From Takakia lepidozioides (Eukaryota; Plantae; Bryophyta): a DNA stretch of 64,000 nt. The stretch covers positions 19,468,001-19,532,000 of the forward strand of contig CM060733.1 in NCBI GenBank assembly GCA_030704615.1, written 5' to 3'. Within the stretch, counting starts at the first letter, position 1. Every line of letters begins with the position of its first letter. The notes beneath the pieces were generated by a model. It was not told the origin of the DNA, did no database searches, and saw only the letters and a program-made list of their open reading frames with translations. Both the position numbers and the translations under genes were made by a program. Positions 1-12,291 of this stretch are shown here, in pieces.

Positions 1-599
1 AGTGTCAACGTTACAAACAGTCACTCAAACCCACGAATTAGTAGGTCTCTTTCTGAAGAACTTGCTCAAGTACATAGAGCTCCAGAAATCTGGTAGTAGC
101 CCGTACTGACTTCCACAGCATACACACCAATTTTTATACACTCATGTAGTATCTGTTTGCACCACAGAAATGATCACAAAACTCAGAAGACTGCTGACAT
201 GCTCAACTCTGAGACTGAAACTTGATCACTCCATGGGTGTATTTCAGCTCAAAACATCAGCTCATGTGGTAGACAAAGCAAAAGTGGCGGGCCTGCCTGA
301 TACCTCCACCCATGATTTAGTTCCTGATTGCTTTCCAATAATTCTAGCAGAGGAGAGGGTACAAGAACTGAGATTGGGATTTCTGTCCTTTCCAAAGGTA
401 GACAATCTCTACTTACTGACCTGTAACTTCTTTGTCAGCCTCCCAGCATTCTTGTGGACTTGGAGCAAACTCTCAGGCAATACTAGTTCAAAGAAGCTCG
501 CTCTAGCAGAGGGGAGCAATATAGCATCTCCAACATAATGTGTGTTCCGTTTATACATTCAAGTCTGATTAGCTTTTCAAAAATCTGATCAGGTTGCTA

Positions 600-2096
600 T
601 CAAGATGCTTTTTGACCAAAAGACTCTGACAGAGACTGCACCTGAGATTCAAACGGTTTTTGGTTACCCCATGGGTCCTTAGAAAACCGTCGCATGGAGA
701 ACTTCTCCAAGGGAAAACCAACACATACCCCAGTGAGGGCCAGATCAGCCATCACTCTACCCACAAGAGGTCCCATTTTAAAACCATGTCCGGAAAAGCC
801 AGCAGCAACCAATATCCCACTGTTTCCAGTCCTTATCTGATCTCTCTTACTGTGGCCTGGGAATTGAACACCATTTTGGACAAAGGCTTCTATTTCAACT
901 GTATCACCGTGATCAGGGTCAGCTGCCTCGGGCAACAGGGGCAACCTTTGATCCCTCTTTCCTGCATCTCTCCCACTTCCATTCTGTACAAAGAACCCTG
1001 ACCTGATATTCGGAATATTGATTCCAACCATCTCAGCTTTAGAACATGGAAGATAATCTAAAATAAAATCTTCATCAGGAGTCATGGAGTATACACATCC
1101 CTCTGCAATGATGGGGGCCTCTGACTTCACACTCCCTTTGAAACGTGATACCAGCCATGGGCTGACAACCCCCTTCAAGACCTCCATATTAGCGGCAACT
1201 GACCGCTTGTCAGGATCACAAGGTATGCCCGAATGAACAGAAACCTTCAGGAGACCAGGGTACTCAATGGACGGTGTTCCGTAGATATAAGGCTCACCAT
1301 AGTCTGCAAACACAGGGAACCCCCTTGCTGCTGAAAAAGCATCAGCGCTAGATTTCTCAACCGCCCAATATGCAGTGGATGTATGCAGTGGTCTGATCGG
1401 CAGCTCTAACCCTGAAATTTCTCTTACAATTTGGGGGGTCCAGGCACCTGCTGCTAGGAGACATGCACGACCTAGAGCAGCGCCCCGGACAGTTGCCAAC
1501 AAAATGCCGTCTGACCCATCTGGGAGTCTCCAGTTCGAGGACACCCTCAGCACTTTTGCTCTGTCTCTCAACACCGCACCATGTTTGGCTGCCAGGGCCT
1601 GAAACATTGCTACTGCCTTCGAAGCTCGAATTATTCCACCCTGAGCAGTGTACACAGCAAGCGAATTTTCTGGCAACTTGAATGCTGGAAAGCGGGTTGC
1701 AACTTCTTCAGGGCTCAGGACCTGGTGCGCAATCCCCTCCTTTTGAAGAGACGAAATAACAGCTTGAAGGCTCCCACTCTCACGGGGCCCAAAATCCAAC
1801 TGACCTGTTCGCTGGCATACCATATAGCCAGCTTCACTCTCTGCCTGTTCCCAAAGTTTGTAAGCTTCCTTCATCATGCGTATGTAATAGTCTTCAGGAT
1901 ACGTCACCCGGATGGTTCTAGATTCCCCATGTGACGAGCCCCTCCGATGGAGAAAATCGAACTGTTCCAGCAAGAGAACTGTCTTGCCCCTTTTTGCAAT
2001 TTGGTAGGCAGCACAGCTACCCATAATACCGGCACCCACGATCACCACATCATACACCCCACTAACCTCCCCACCCTCCTTTGAATCTCCTGCCAT
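600..2096 (-). CDS. SOX: Sarcosine oxidase / pipecolate oxidase family FAD-dependent oxidoreductase (498 aa, intronless CDS)
   Basis: N-terminal dinucleotide-binding motif DVVIVGAGIMGS, family motif GSSHGESRTIR, CVYSMTPDEDFILD (flavinylation Cys region) and C-terminal GFSGHGFKMGP. Confidence 0.93.
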   Translation of the reverse strand: MAGDSKEGGEVSGVYDVVIVGAGIMGSCAAYQIAKRGKTVLLLEQFDFLHRRGSSHGESRTIRVTYPEDYYIRMMKEAYKLWEQAESEAGYMVCQRTGQLDFGPRESGSLQAVISSLQKEGIAHQVLSPEEVATRFPAFKLPENSLAVYTAQGGIIRASKAVAMFQALAAKHGAVLRDRAKVLRVSSNWRLPDGSDGILLATVRGAALGRACLLAAGAWTPQIVREISGLELPIRPLHTSTAYWAVEKSSADAFSAARGFPVFADYGEPYIYGTPSIEYPGLLKVSVHSGIPCDPDKRSVAANMEVLKGVVSPWLVSRFKGSVKSEAPIIAEGCVYSMTPDEDFILDYLPCSKAEMVGINIPNIRSGFFVQNGSGRDAGKRDQRLPLLPEAADPDHGDTVEIEAFVQNGVQFPGHSKRDQIRTGNSGILVAAGFSGHGFKMGPLVGRVMADLALTGVCVGFPLEKFSMRRFSKDPWGNQKPFESQVQSLSESFGQKAS

Positions 2097-3680
2097 GGCT
2101 GTGATTCAGCCTAATTTCCTTCAAATCAAGATGAAGGTCTGCTTCAGTCAGTAAACATTTCTACTCCCCTGACTCATTGTACAAGTGCTAACAAGATCAT
2201 ATGATTGTCAAGCCCAAATGGGTAGGTATCTGTGCGACACTGCTTTCTACAAGTTCTCTAGCAGATATTCGTGAATTTGAGCAGTGACTGCCATGTGCTT
2301 GTCAGTGTTGCTGGCCTCTCATTCCGAATCCATTTAATGTCAAACTTTTGTAACAATTGTTTGGACATGAATGAGAGTCAAGTAAAGGCGTGAATCCAAT
2401 ATTGTTGCAGATCAATTGAACAGAACCAGCTAGCATGTGCAGCTATTGGTGAGTTTCTGCCTCTGCCACACAACTTTATTGAAAGCCATTGAGATTTGAA
2501 AAACCAGGCCATGCAGATTATACAGAGAGTCTACACCAAACCTCCCTTGGCAGCTGCCAGGGAAAGCCTGAGCATCCTTCACACCAAAGGATATGTTCTA
2601 AAGCAAATGAGATTTGGTGACATCTGACAAAGGGATCAAGGAGCCCTGCTGAAAACATAAAGTCAAACTTTTCATGAAGTTAGGCCAGCTCTTCAAGTGA
2701 ATGTTAGGAAGCACTGTCGTTCTCTCCAGCAGTGCACTAGCAGGTATGCTTTGGACGATCTAGCTTTTCAGACAACCCACCATAAGAAGAACGGTATCAG
2801 CAATGACACAACCAAACGCCATTCTTGCTCAAGATCTTCCCTCTTCGTTCTCTAGTAGGATGGATGCTTATAGGATTACACAGCAGGAATACCAGGTAAC
2901 GTTAGCCAACGTGAAGAAATTCAAAGTCGCCGTCGTGAAGTGCGTCCGCAATGACACTCGCTATGGTAATGCACGTGCGTATCCAAAGCTGCAACCTCTT
3001 CCACACTGCCCCTGCAAAGCACAGCAGCAGAGGCCACCCCAACTTCATCTCTTGTCTTTTTTCTTTTGTCCACTCACACCACCAACATCCCTTCCACCTT
3101 CATTGTGCAGCCAAGGCTATGAACACAGTCTGTGTGTGCCACAAGATGCAGAGTCAGAGGTAGAGCGTGCGGGAAAGGTCTTAACATGCTCATACTCTAG
3201 TATTCTTCAAATAACAATAGTTGATTTCTACCGTGAACAGACTCCTCTGTAGAGAGAGAGAGAGAAAAGCAAGTTGAAGCGTTCAATATAATCCTGACCC
3301 GGGACCCACTGGCGTTGCTCCCAGCACAAGCAGGAATTCCGAAGACGGAAGCGCTACATTGAGAGGCAGAATCTAAAGGGAGACACACAAACGGAAAGTG
3401 AAACGCAAACACAGAAGGACGAGAGGAGGCGTCTACGTTTAGGTAAAATGCTGTCAAAAGGATGCAAGGGCGGACCCACACTACCATAGATTGTTCATGT
3501 AACACAATAAAACACCAGATGTTCCAATTCGATTGCGCAGAGAGCACGAAACCGCAAGAGAGAGAGAGTTCGAAGCCGGCGGAACCGGGGGAGAAAATGT
3601 AGCCCCAGAGACAAATCCCGAAACAAGCCAAATCCTCCTGCCCTGTCCAGGGTTTCCTTTCACTTTCCCATCCAATTAGC
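2097..3680 (-). other. Probable multi-exon 5' leader of the SOX gene
   Basis: Minus-strand splice sites bracket candidate exons 3232-3246 (15 nt, (CT)n-ACAG acceptor, GTAGAA donor), 2893-3011 (TTTGCAG/GTATTC) and about 2542-2646. A further acceptor lies near 2140, just upstream of the ATG. Confidence 0.45.
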
Positions 3681-4482
3681 TCGCCTTTACTTTATACTAA
3701 TTCTCTCCCCTTCACACCACCATCGCTCGGATTATTTATCCCAAGTCTACAGTACGTAATCTAGACCTCAAATCAAACAATCCTTGAATTGGTCTCTCTT
3801 GACACGGTCAACATTGGAACCATTCCTTGCAACAAGTCCTCCATCAGGAGCTCGAACAGTGCAGGGAGATTGTGGCCTCCATCGCGAGTGATGAAGACGA
3901 GCAACTCCAGAACATTGCGGACCTTCAAACTTATGGCAACACGTAGGAAGCACGGGGAATGACCCGTGTTCGAACCCCGTAGCCCCTCCCTGATGGACCT
4001 CGTGGGCGTACGTAGGTAGGTAGGTAAGGCACGCATTCATCCAAATAGTCGTACTGTCCCAATCCCCGTGTATGCGGTTCCATCTACTCCATCCTACCTC
4101 GGTCCTGTCACCGTATTATGTACGTGGAGATATCAAGTCCAAAAAATACTAGTATTTCATTTTAATTTTTAATTATGTAATTGAAAAAGAAAATAAGTTC
4201 CCACCTTGCGAACAGGGGTGAGTCTGATCTGCTGAGTTTTGCAGGGCAGAATCTTCCAGGCTTTGAATGTGTGAATGGTCCATAGATGGTCGGCAAAGGG
4301 AGAAAATGTGGTCAGGGAAATTTCATGTGGCTTACACAGATGTCCAGATCGAAGAAAGCGTGAAGGGTGTGGTGCGGTTTCCTGGGATATGGTGAACGGT
4401 GGATATACTTGAGTTTTCATCGATTTGCTGCTGAATTTCACCTAAAGCATGTATTAGATGCCTGCAGTGCAGGCTGTGCGAG

Positions 4483-7400
4483 ATGAAGGGGAATGTAGAC
4501 ACATACGGTCAGCTCTGTCGGACTTTGGTCGAGCTATATGATGCTGCTGACAACGTTTTCAATGTCATTACTACTCGGGTATGTGTTTGTTGCTTACCTG
4601 GTTCTTTGGAGAGATTGAGGAAGAGATAGGTCAAATTTGAGGGTTTAGGGTTTAATCTCACCTGAGAGAGAGAGAGAGAGAGAGAGAGATTGTTGTGATT
4701 AAGTTTAGGAAAGTGAAGAATTTTTGCTGGTAGATGTAGCTACTTAACTTTTGAGCTAGTTTCTGGTGCATGTAATTTGTCGTCGTGGTAATCGTTGCGA
4801 CATCTCAAGGAAGGAATCTGGCTGAGGGATGAGTCAAGAGAATAGTGCTGAGTGGAATGTTATGAGGCTGTCATCGCATACAATCTTGCAGTCTCAAGAT
4901 GGCATCCCAACGGGAGGTGCATGGATGCAGGTAGGTCTCGAGCATCAACGACTTCATGATCTTTCTACCAGGATCCAAGCGACACAGGTATTCAGCAATT
5001 GAACCATCAACTTTGCTAAAGTTTTTGTTTTTCCACAGGTGTGGGTAGTTTCAGAACCCAGATCTTCAGAACAGGAATGCTTTGGTTTCACCCCCAGTGA
5101 CAAAGAGATAATTGGCTTTGTATTGAACCTCCCAGCATGGTAATTGTTTAAATTTTCATTTTCCATTCTAGCAGTGATAACCATGCTGACCAAGAGACAG
5201 CTATTGGTGTTTTTTATTTTATTGCATTTGATCACTTGGAGGCAGTTTCTGTCGTTTGGAGGCAATGTGTGTGCTTCTGTTCAGCTTTCTTGAAGCTTTG
5301 GAGGACCATCTGTTAGGAAGCTGTCAAGGTCTACCACTCTATGCCCTCCCTGTCAATAGTGGGATAGATGTGACAAGGACGTTCTCACTACAAGTTCTAT
5401 TTTCATGTAGAGCTAATTTAACCTAGCATTCTTTTGCTTTTGACAGGCCAAGGTGGCCGTACTATCTGGCACAAAGCGTGCTATTACTGTGGTTTCCTCT
5501 GCCAAGTATCCTCGGATCCCCCCGGAAGATACAGACTTTGTTCCCTTGTTTGGGGGCAAGGTAGAAGGCCATCAGTCACAACTTCCTATAGCAACACTTT
5601 CTCTCAATTCTGGCCAAGGGCAGGTGCACTCAAAGTTTCCAATATTCTTCCCACTTTGGTGTGCTCCAAAGTGGTTTTGACTTTGAATGGATGTTTCATG
5701 TGTAGTTAAGTTTGGGTTTTCTCCTGTTGTCTCTACCCCTTTCCCCCCCTTCCCCCTTGTATAACTGGTAAAGCTGGAAGGCAGAAAAATGGCGTGGGCT
5801 GATGTACAGAAACACAACACAGAACGTGAGGGTTCAACCCAAAAGTGGATGTCTGGCCACATTTAACACTCGTCTACTAGACAGAAAATCATCTTTCCAA
5901 GCAGTTAGCATATGGAGGTCCAAGAGTCCATTTTGGAAGATTGTGTAGTTCATGGTTCATCTTTTCTGGCATTGTTACAAATTTGAGAATTGTCACAATT
6001 GCACTTTTGGTGTTTAATAATAAAGGGTTGTCCATCAGCATCCACCTGTGTATTTTTCATGGGCTCTCAAGGGACTGCAAATAAGCTCACTGCAAAATTG
6101 AGATCACATTTTTTTGAGAACCAGACAGTACTGTTACCAGCAGCTCAGAGTAAAAGATAGATCTTTGTTTCGGCATTCCATCTTGTCTATTTCTGCCTCT
6201 CAGGTCATCCCTCAGTCTGTATGATCGTGCCTCTTTCTCAAGCATAAAGCCATATGGTGTTTTCTCTTTTGTTGCATACCTGCACGGGATCTTATCCACT
6301 AGGAAGCTTGTGTTGTGAAGTTCCTTCTATACATCTCGGCCAAGTTCAGACAGGAGTATATAAACGTAGTTGAACTATTTTTGGACTGAAGTTGTACGTA
6401 TCAATTTGCAGAGAAATGGAGAGGAGGGGACACTCGAGCTATTTCGATTTTTCGCCGAGACCAGCCATGAATACTGGCCTAGGGAGCACAAACTCAAAGT
6501 GATTCTCATACTGTGGCCTGCTTTGGCTAAGGAGGATCCTGGTTGTTACAACAATCAAAGAAATATCATGCAGTTCCTTATAGAGGATTGAGGATCTCAA
6601 GGCCAGGGGTTGGGTTTTGGGGAGGGAGATGAGGTGAAGACTGTGTGGTTTTGGCTCTTAAGGGAGGAGGAGGAAGCTATGTCTATTGCATGACCTTTTG
6701 ATCAAGCAGATTGCTAGGGATGGGCAACACACTGGGCTGCTAAACCATACACTGTATTTTGATAACAGGAAGGGATTGGAAAGATGCCAGCTGGCATCAA
6801 ATCAGTGGCGGATGCTATGCTTTTCAATACTACTGAGCTTCCCTACCATCGGTGAGTCAGTTGGCTTGGCTGGATGCATTTCTTATAGAGAAGCGGAAGA
6901 AAAAAAAGGATATAATTTCCACAGGGGGCCCTACCAGAGTTGGTATTTCTTTTGGCTTGCCAAGGTTGTCATCAGGTCTCTATGAGGGTTTGGATCTGTG
7001 GGCTTCTAAATGAAGAAGGCATTGTTAGGAATCTTTTGTGGGATTCCACTGCTACCTTGAGTGGGCTGGCTGGTTCCATCACCACATTTTGTCTTTTGAG
7101 CTCTTTAGGCTGCTTGTGCTTCATGACAGTTCCAGAAGATTGGGCTTCTTTCTCGGAAGGCTCCTCAGTTTCGTTTCCTTTGTGGTTGTTGCATGTTTGG
7201 TATCTTTTGGCTTCTAATATTTTTGACCTGGGGACTTGATCTTTTCCTCCTTTACCAAAAAATAAAAAAGAGGGGTCAGATGAGGTCAGAACTTCACACT
7301 GTAACTTTGAGAGTATTTTGAATCCACCCTCTAACTAGGATTCTTGTTGAATGGAGTCTTTGAATCCTCTGTGTGTGGTCCTCCTCCAGATACAGGATGG

Positions 7401-10400
7401 TTGATAATTTGACGGGGGCAGACCTGCCAGTTGGAGAAGAGGATCCCAAAAACAAACCTGCTCCCCTGCCTGCCCCGCCTCAAAGTGTGCTCACGGGTGA
7501 TGCATTTGTACGTGCCCAGCATCTTCATTTGCTACTCTGATCAGTGCAAGTTTTCACATAAATATTAAGATGGAGCTTTCTGGGGCTCCATCGGGGGCTG
7601 GAACAGTGACACAACTTTTGGTGTTGGTTTCTGTAGGGCTTATTAGGAAGTGAATAATTTATCTCAGGTATATAGCCCATTGATCTCTGTATATTGAACT
7701 TGTGGCTGTCCTTAAGACATCGTCAATGTTGCTAATCAATCTTCTTCCTTCTCTGGGTTCTTGCAAGCTGCATGCAGGTGCAATCCTTCTAGGTCCTTTT
7801 GAGCGAAGTGAGTACTAGAGACTATACTTGGCACCATAAGATCATTAACCTCTGCATACTAGTGCCAAGAAGTCGTAAGACAAGGAAAGTTTGCCACTCT
7901 AACAAGAACGTTGGGAATGGGTGTATAGCCTACATTAGGCATTGAAGAGTATGGGTTCAGACCCACTCTGGGGCAGGTACCATCCTTCAGCTTGCCATCG
8001 ACTCTTCCTAATCTGCCTATGGTTGCAGAGATAAGCTGGAGTGGTAGGCTGCTCTCCCTCTTTATTTTCTTGAAAAGAGCTTTTTGGGGTGTAGTCTCCT
8101 CCCTCTCTTTTCTTCAGGGTTGCACCTTGGATTTGTGTAGCCAGATGTAAAGGCAGTGTTGCAGCTTTGTGCTAGTGATCTTTACCTTTCTGGAATTCTA
8201 TCCGATGTTTTTGGGTTGCATCAATGAGCATTAAACCTGGCTGATTGAGCAACAGTGGAGGAATGAGTCTCCAATTTTGTTGCCTGGAATGCCATGATAT
8301 ACGGAATCAGTTTACTAGGGATGTGTTCTTTACATCCTTTTGCTTGATAAACACATTTGGTGTAATGAGTGGCAGGCATATTTGGCGCGTATGGAACACA
8401 ATAGCCTCCCTGATATCAGATTGCTGCTGTTTCGTAAGGTCAGTAAGCTCCCATGGATGCTAACATGTCTTATTTTTTTTCTTAATTGCAGGAACCACCA
8501 GTCACCTGGACTCTCAGCCATCCATTGCTCCCTCAGCTGGACATCGTACAACTACATCCTTGGGTGATGGTTCAGCCATGGGGACTCCCACAAAGAGTGA
8601 TACCAACTCATTAGATGGTGAGTTCAGTCTATTCCGAGTCAGGTTCTGTTAAGCTTTGTTTAGTAGTCCTCCACGCATCTGTAAAATTGGCTGGTGATGA
8701 GGAGAAACACAATAGCGTGTACAAATCACAAGAGTCTTTGGATGGCCAGATACACAGTATTTGCCAATGTCAACTCCCTGCACTTGTACAATTCCACGCC
8801 TTGAAGAAAACAGTAAAACAGAAAGGTCTCCCTTGATGAGGGCTGGGTAGCTTCACTTTACTGACTGTTTAGCTCTGATGTGATCATTTGAGTGGTTGGC
8901 AGGTTCAATGCGTGGCTTTGATGAGGTTTCATCGACTGCCCCCTCAGTCCTTAGTAGGGGTACATTACGATCTCCGCTCGGGGCTTCATTCATCGAGAGA
9001 GCCAGTCCAGTTAGCGGTAAGTATCTGAGATCTCAGCTTCTTTGCTGAGAGGTGATGTGCTCTCTTTCACTCACCGAAAGCCATGGACTGCTGCAAGACT
9101 ATGGCATGCAAAAGCTTCATGATTTCAAACACCAGGTGCTTGTGCTTGGAATCTTCACCAATTAGTCTCCTCTTCGTTGTCGTTTTGGTTTCTATTTACT
9201 CTTGTTTTCTTGAATGGTCTGAAATACAGGTGTTTCAAATGAAGTGCCAGCTGTTGAAGCCAAGGAAAGAGTAATCCAACCCCCTCCCCCGCCACCACCG
9301 CCCCCGCCCCCACCTCGACTTTCACCATCACCCATCCGTTCAGCTGGTGAAAATCATGCTTTAATTGCTACATCCTCGACTTCTAAACCTAGTGCAGATA
9401 GACCCAAGCCAAAAAGACGATCAGAAGGGGGAAGTCAACGAGTTCCTTTGCCTCCTGCAGCCCCTCCTCTTCCTCCAGTAGGTAAGCGTGACTCTCCCCT
9501 TGTTCTGGCTCTGTTGTCGACACTAACTCTGTCTGCTCTCTCTATCTCTATCGTCCTTGCATGCAAAGGAATCTACAGTGCAATAGCTGGAATTCTTTGC
9601 GGAATGTGGCATGAGGCACAGTTTAGTGCCTTGTCAATGCACACGGTAACATAGATGGGTCACCTTCTGTATCATTGTTGGTCAAAGCACGAAGACACCT
9701 ATATTAAGAAAAGTTGATCATGAGAATCTTGTGCTTGTAAGTACTAGTAGAATGAAATGAAATGGTGCTTTACAAAGAAAGACAACTAAAAGAAAAATCG
9801 GAGCAAATGTGCTGACATTTTTCATGCATGGGGAGGGCAGATGGGCCACGTGCGGCATTACTGGCGTCAATTCGTGAGCCCAGCATACAACTTCGGAAGG
9901 TACTTCTTGGTGCTAGAGGGTACCAGACCTTTACCTCTATGGTGCAGGAGAATTTTGCTTGTCAGTCTATCTATATTTATCTTGTCTTGCTGTCCCTTGC
10001 TTAGCATGAATGAACCTTCCAAGGTCTGTGACTTGTAGACAGGGATTGCAGAAGGTACTAGGCCATCCTTGGAGCAGATTGCGGGGACCCCCACGGAACG
10101 AAATGATGGCAACCGTGCTGGCTTCTCTGGAGCGAGGCAGGTACATTAAGATGAGCAGCTGCACTGGATTGATCTGAAGAATGAAATCATTTCAACACTC
10201 TTCCTTACTTCATGTCTTGTTTCGTACATTTAAATACTCAAATGCTCTTTTCATTCAGTTGGTTCCAGTTTTTTAATTAATGTTGAGAACATAGACACTC
10301 GACAGAAAAGACTTGTCTGCTGAATTTTAGCAACAGCTGTTCTGATCCCAGAAAGATTATTTCTGTCTCACCCTGTCCAGAGCATATCTTACCTTGCAAA

Positions 10401-12291
10401 TCGTCTATGTGTCTGTTCTACGCTGCCAAATCTGGGCATATAACAATACTAGGGTCAGGAGGATGGAGGAAGGAGGGATGCATGTGATGTTGTCTGTCAT
10501 TGTGGATTCTTTGGATAAAACTATTTGAACTGAAGATACTGTTTGACAGAAGATGGCACTTTGGTTGCTTTTGGTTGAGGTCTTGGCAGCCTGTTGATGT
10601 ACTGGCTGAGATGGCTACCACCCTTAAAATGAGGAGGCTCTCCATGCGTGGCGCTGCCCATGACAAAGTATTTTTCCACAACCTTCCTGTCTTCTGTACC
10701 CCTTCTCTATCTTTTCTCTTCCCTATACCTATCCCTACCCTCCCCTGCACAAAACCCAGAGTGACGGGCCAAAGCCTCCTGTGCACTGCACACTCCCCAG
10801 GCATGTCATTTCTGTGGTAAACAGAGGGCTATAAAACTGAAATCAATAACCCTGCAACCAGACTGTCGAGTTTGCATGCAGACAAGTGCCACTGTGAGCT
10901 CCTTAATGGCAGGTGCGAGAAAATAAGTTTATACCTACAGCTGAGTCGCAAGGATAAGCTAAACCCTTGTGGATGCAAACCCACAAAACGTTCCCGAGGA
11001 TTAGTTTCCTGCTTGGTCAATGGCCATAAGGCTACAGCAAGCCGTTCCCTGAGTACATTTTATACCTATTTCACCTGTTCCCCATTTTCTCTCCATTGTC
11101 TCTGCTGTCCCAAGTGTGTACAAGGTGTAGGGCAGTATGCTATGGCAAGCAATCCATTTGGATATATTGGGTCTGTGGCCACATGGCTACAGCAAGCAAC
11201 ATCTTAGGACTACATTTATTCGAATATATTCCTTCTCACTCTCTTCGTGTCCCTTCCCAAGCACCAATGCTTTAGTAGTTCTGGCTGACAGATCTCATTT
11301 GATCTGTAATGTCCTGAGGAAGGCAAGCCAGAGGTTTTGGGCTTGCTTGACTGTTTTTTGTGATGACGGGCAGGTGGCAGTAAATGTCGGTCAGCCGGCT
11401 GCAGGGTTTGACAACACAGACACCGTCAGTGTGTCCAGTGACACAAACAGGTATTTAGACACTGGAAGACATGTCGACAGTCAGTCTCGAGTATCATCTA
11501 TTTTATTGCATCCAGAGATTGTTTTGTAGTTGTAAAACAGGGGGCTTTGGATGTGTCTTCTCATTCAATTGCTTAGGAAAGTGTGCTGAAAGGCTTAGTG
11601 GACATGAGCTCTGTGAAGTTAGATTTTCTTGTTGATCCTGTTCTTTTTTCATTCCATCTTACCGATAGACACCATCGAAAAAAAAGAGAGGGAGGTGGCT
11701 GGACTCATCATTTATACTCCTTCCCTTGTATGCTTGTTCTAATTGGCAAATGTTTCCATGCGGCCACATTGTGGATGGGATAATGGGAATCTGTGCTCTG
11801 GCAACAGCACCAAGTTCACACTTCCAGTAAGCTCTTCAATTTATGGACCCTTTTTTCTCATGCATCTAACCTAATTCTAGTTTCTTTTGTGCTGTTGACT
11901 TGTCGAGACCTCAAGTATGCCAAAAAACTTGTGAGTGTAGTGGCAAAATGTTCTGGCTGCAACTCATAACCTGCATGGAAAATTACAAGGACAAGTGCCT
12001 ACATCCATAAGTGATGTGACAGTTGGTGTTCTAATTAAGTTGAAGATTACCTTTCTCTTATGACTGTAGGAGAGCATTGGCTTGGCAAATTTGCTGTTTA
12101 GAACATGTTGTAATGTAACTACAATAGATCCCTTCAGGATACAAGTGTCTCAAGAATAATTGTCATATCAGAGAACTAACTGTCCAGGTGCGGTGTGATT
12201 TTGTTGTTTCACCTTGCAGATCTCTAATGTGCATGCTTACATTGCACGCAAGAATCAAGAGTTGAGTGATGATGATGACTGGGAGGAATGA
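4483..12291 (+). CDS. WASHC1: WASH1 / WASHC1 Arp2/3 nucleation-promoting factor (WAHD-polyPro-WH2-C-A), about 543 aa, 16 exons
   Basis: Phase-consistent GT-AG exons: 4483-4578, 4931-4987, 5447-5623, 6412-6498, 6769-6851, 7390-7507, 7929-8043, 8492-8617, 8903-9016, 9230-9481, 9841-9899, 10039-10140, 10590-10667, 11374-11450, 11808-11826, 12220-12291 (1632 nt). WAHD motifs: AKVAVLSGTKRAITVVSSAKYP, EGIGKMPAGIKSVADAMLFNTTELPYHRY, EEYGFRPTLGQVPSFSLPSTLPNLP, SIAPSA. Then a 12-proline run, WH2 (DGPRAALLASIREPSIQLRKT), central domain (DVLAEMATTLKMRRLSMRG) and acidic end (SDDDDWEE*). The start codon is the least certain part. Confidence 0.92.
4664..4689 (+). repeat. (GA)n microsatellite in the first CDS intron of WASH1
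   Basis: Direct reading: about 13 GA units. Confidence 0.9.

Noticed and set aside
3768-4040. Short ORFs in the SOX-WASH1 intergenic region
   Set aside because: No recognisable motif and no supported splice structure.
5285-5328. Possible additional WASH1 exon (FLEALEDHLLGSCQ)
   Set aside because: Its phase is incompatible, and exons 2 and 3 already align contiguously to the WAHD domain.
9244-9654. Stand-alone proline-rich, formin or extensin ORF
   Set aside because: It is WASH1 exon 10 reading through into the intron; the flanking exons give WAHD and VCA, not FH2.
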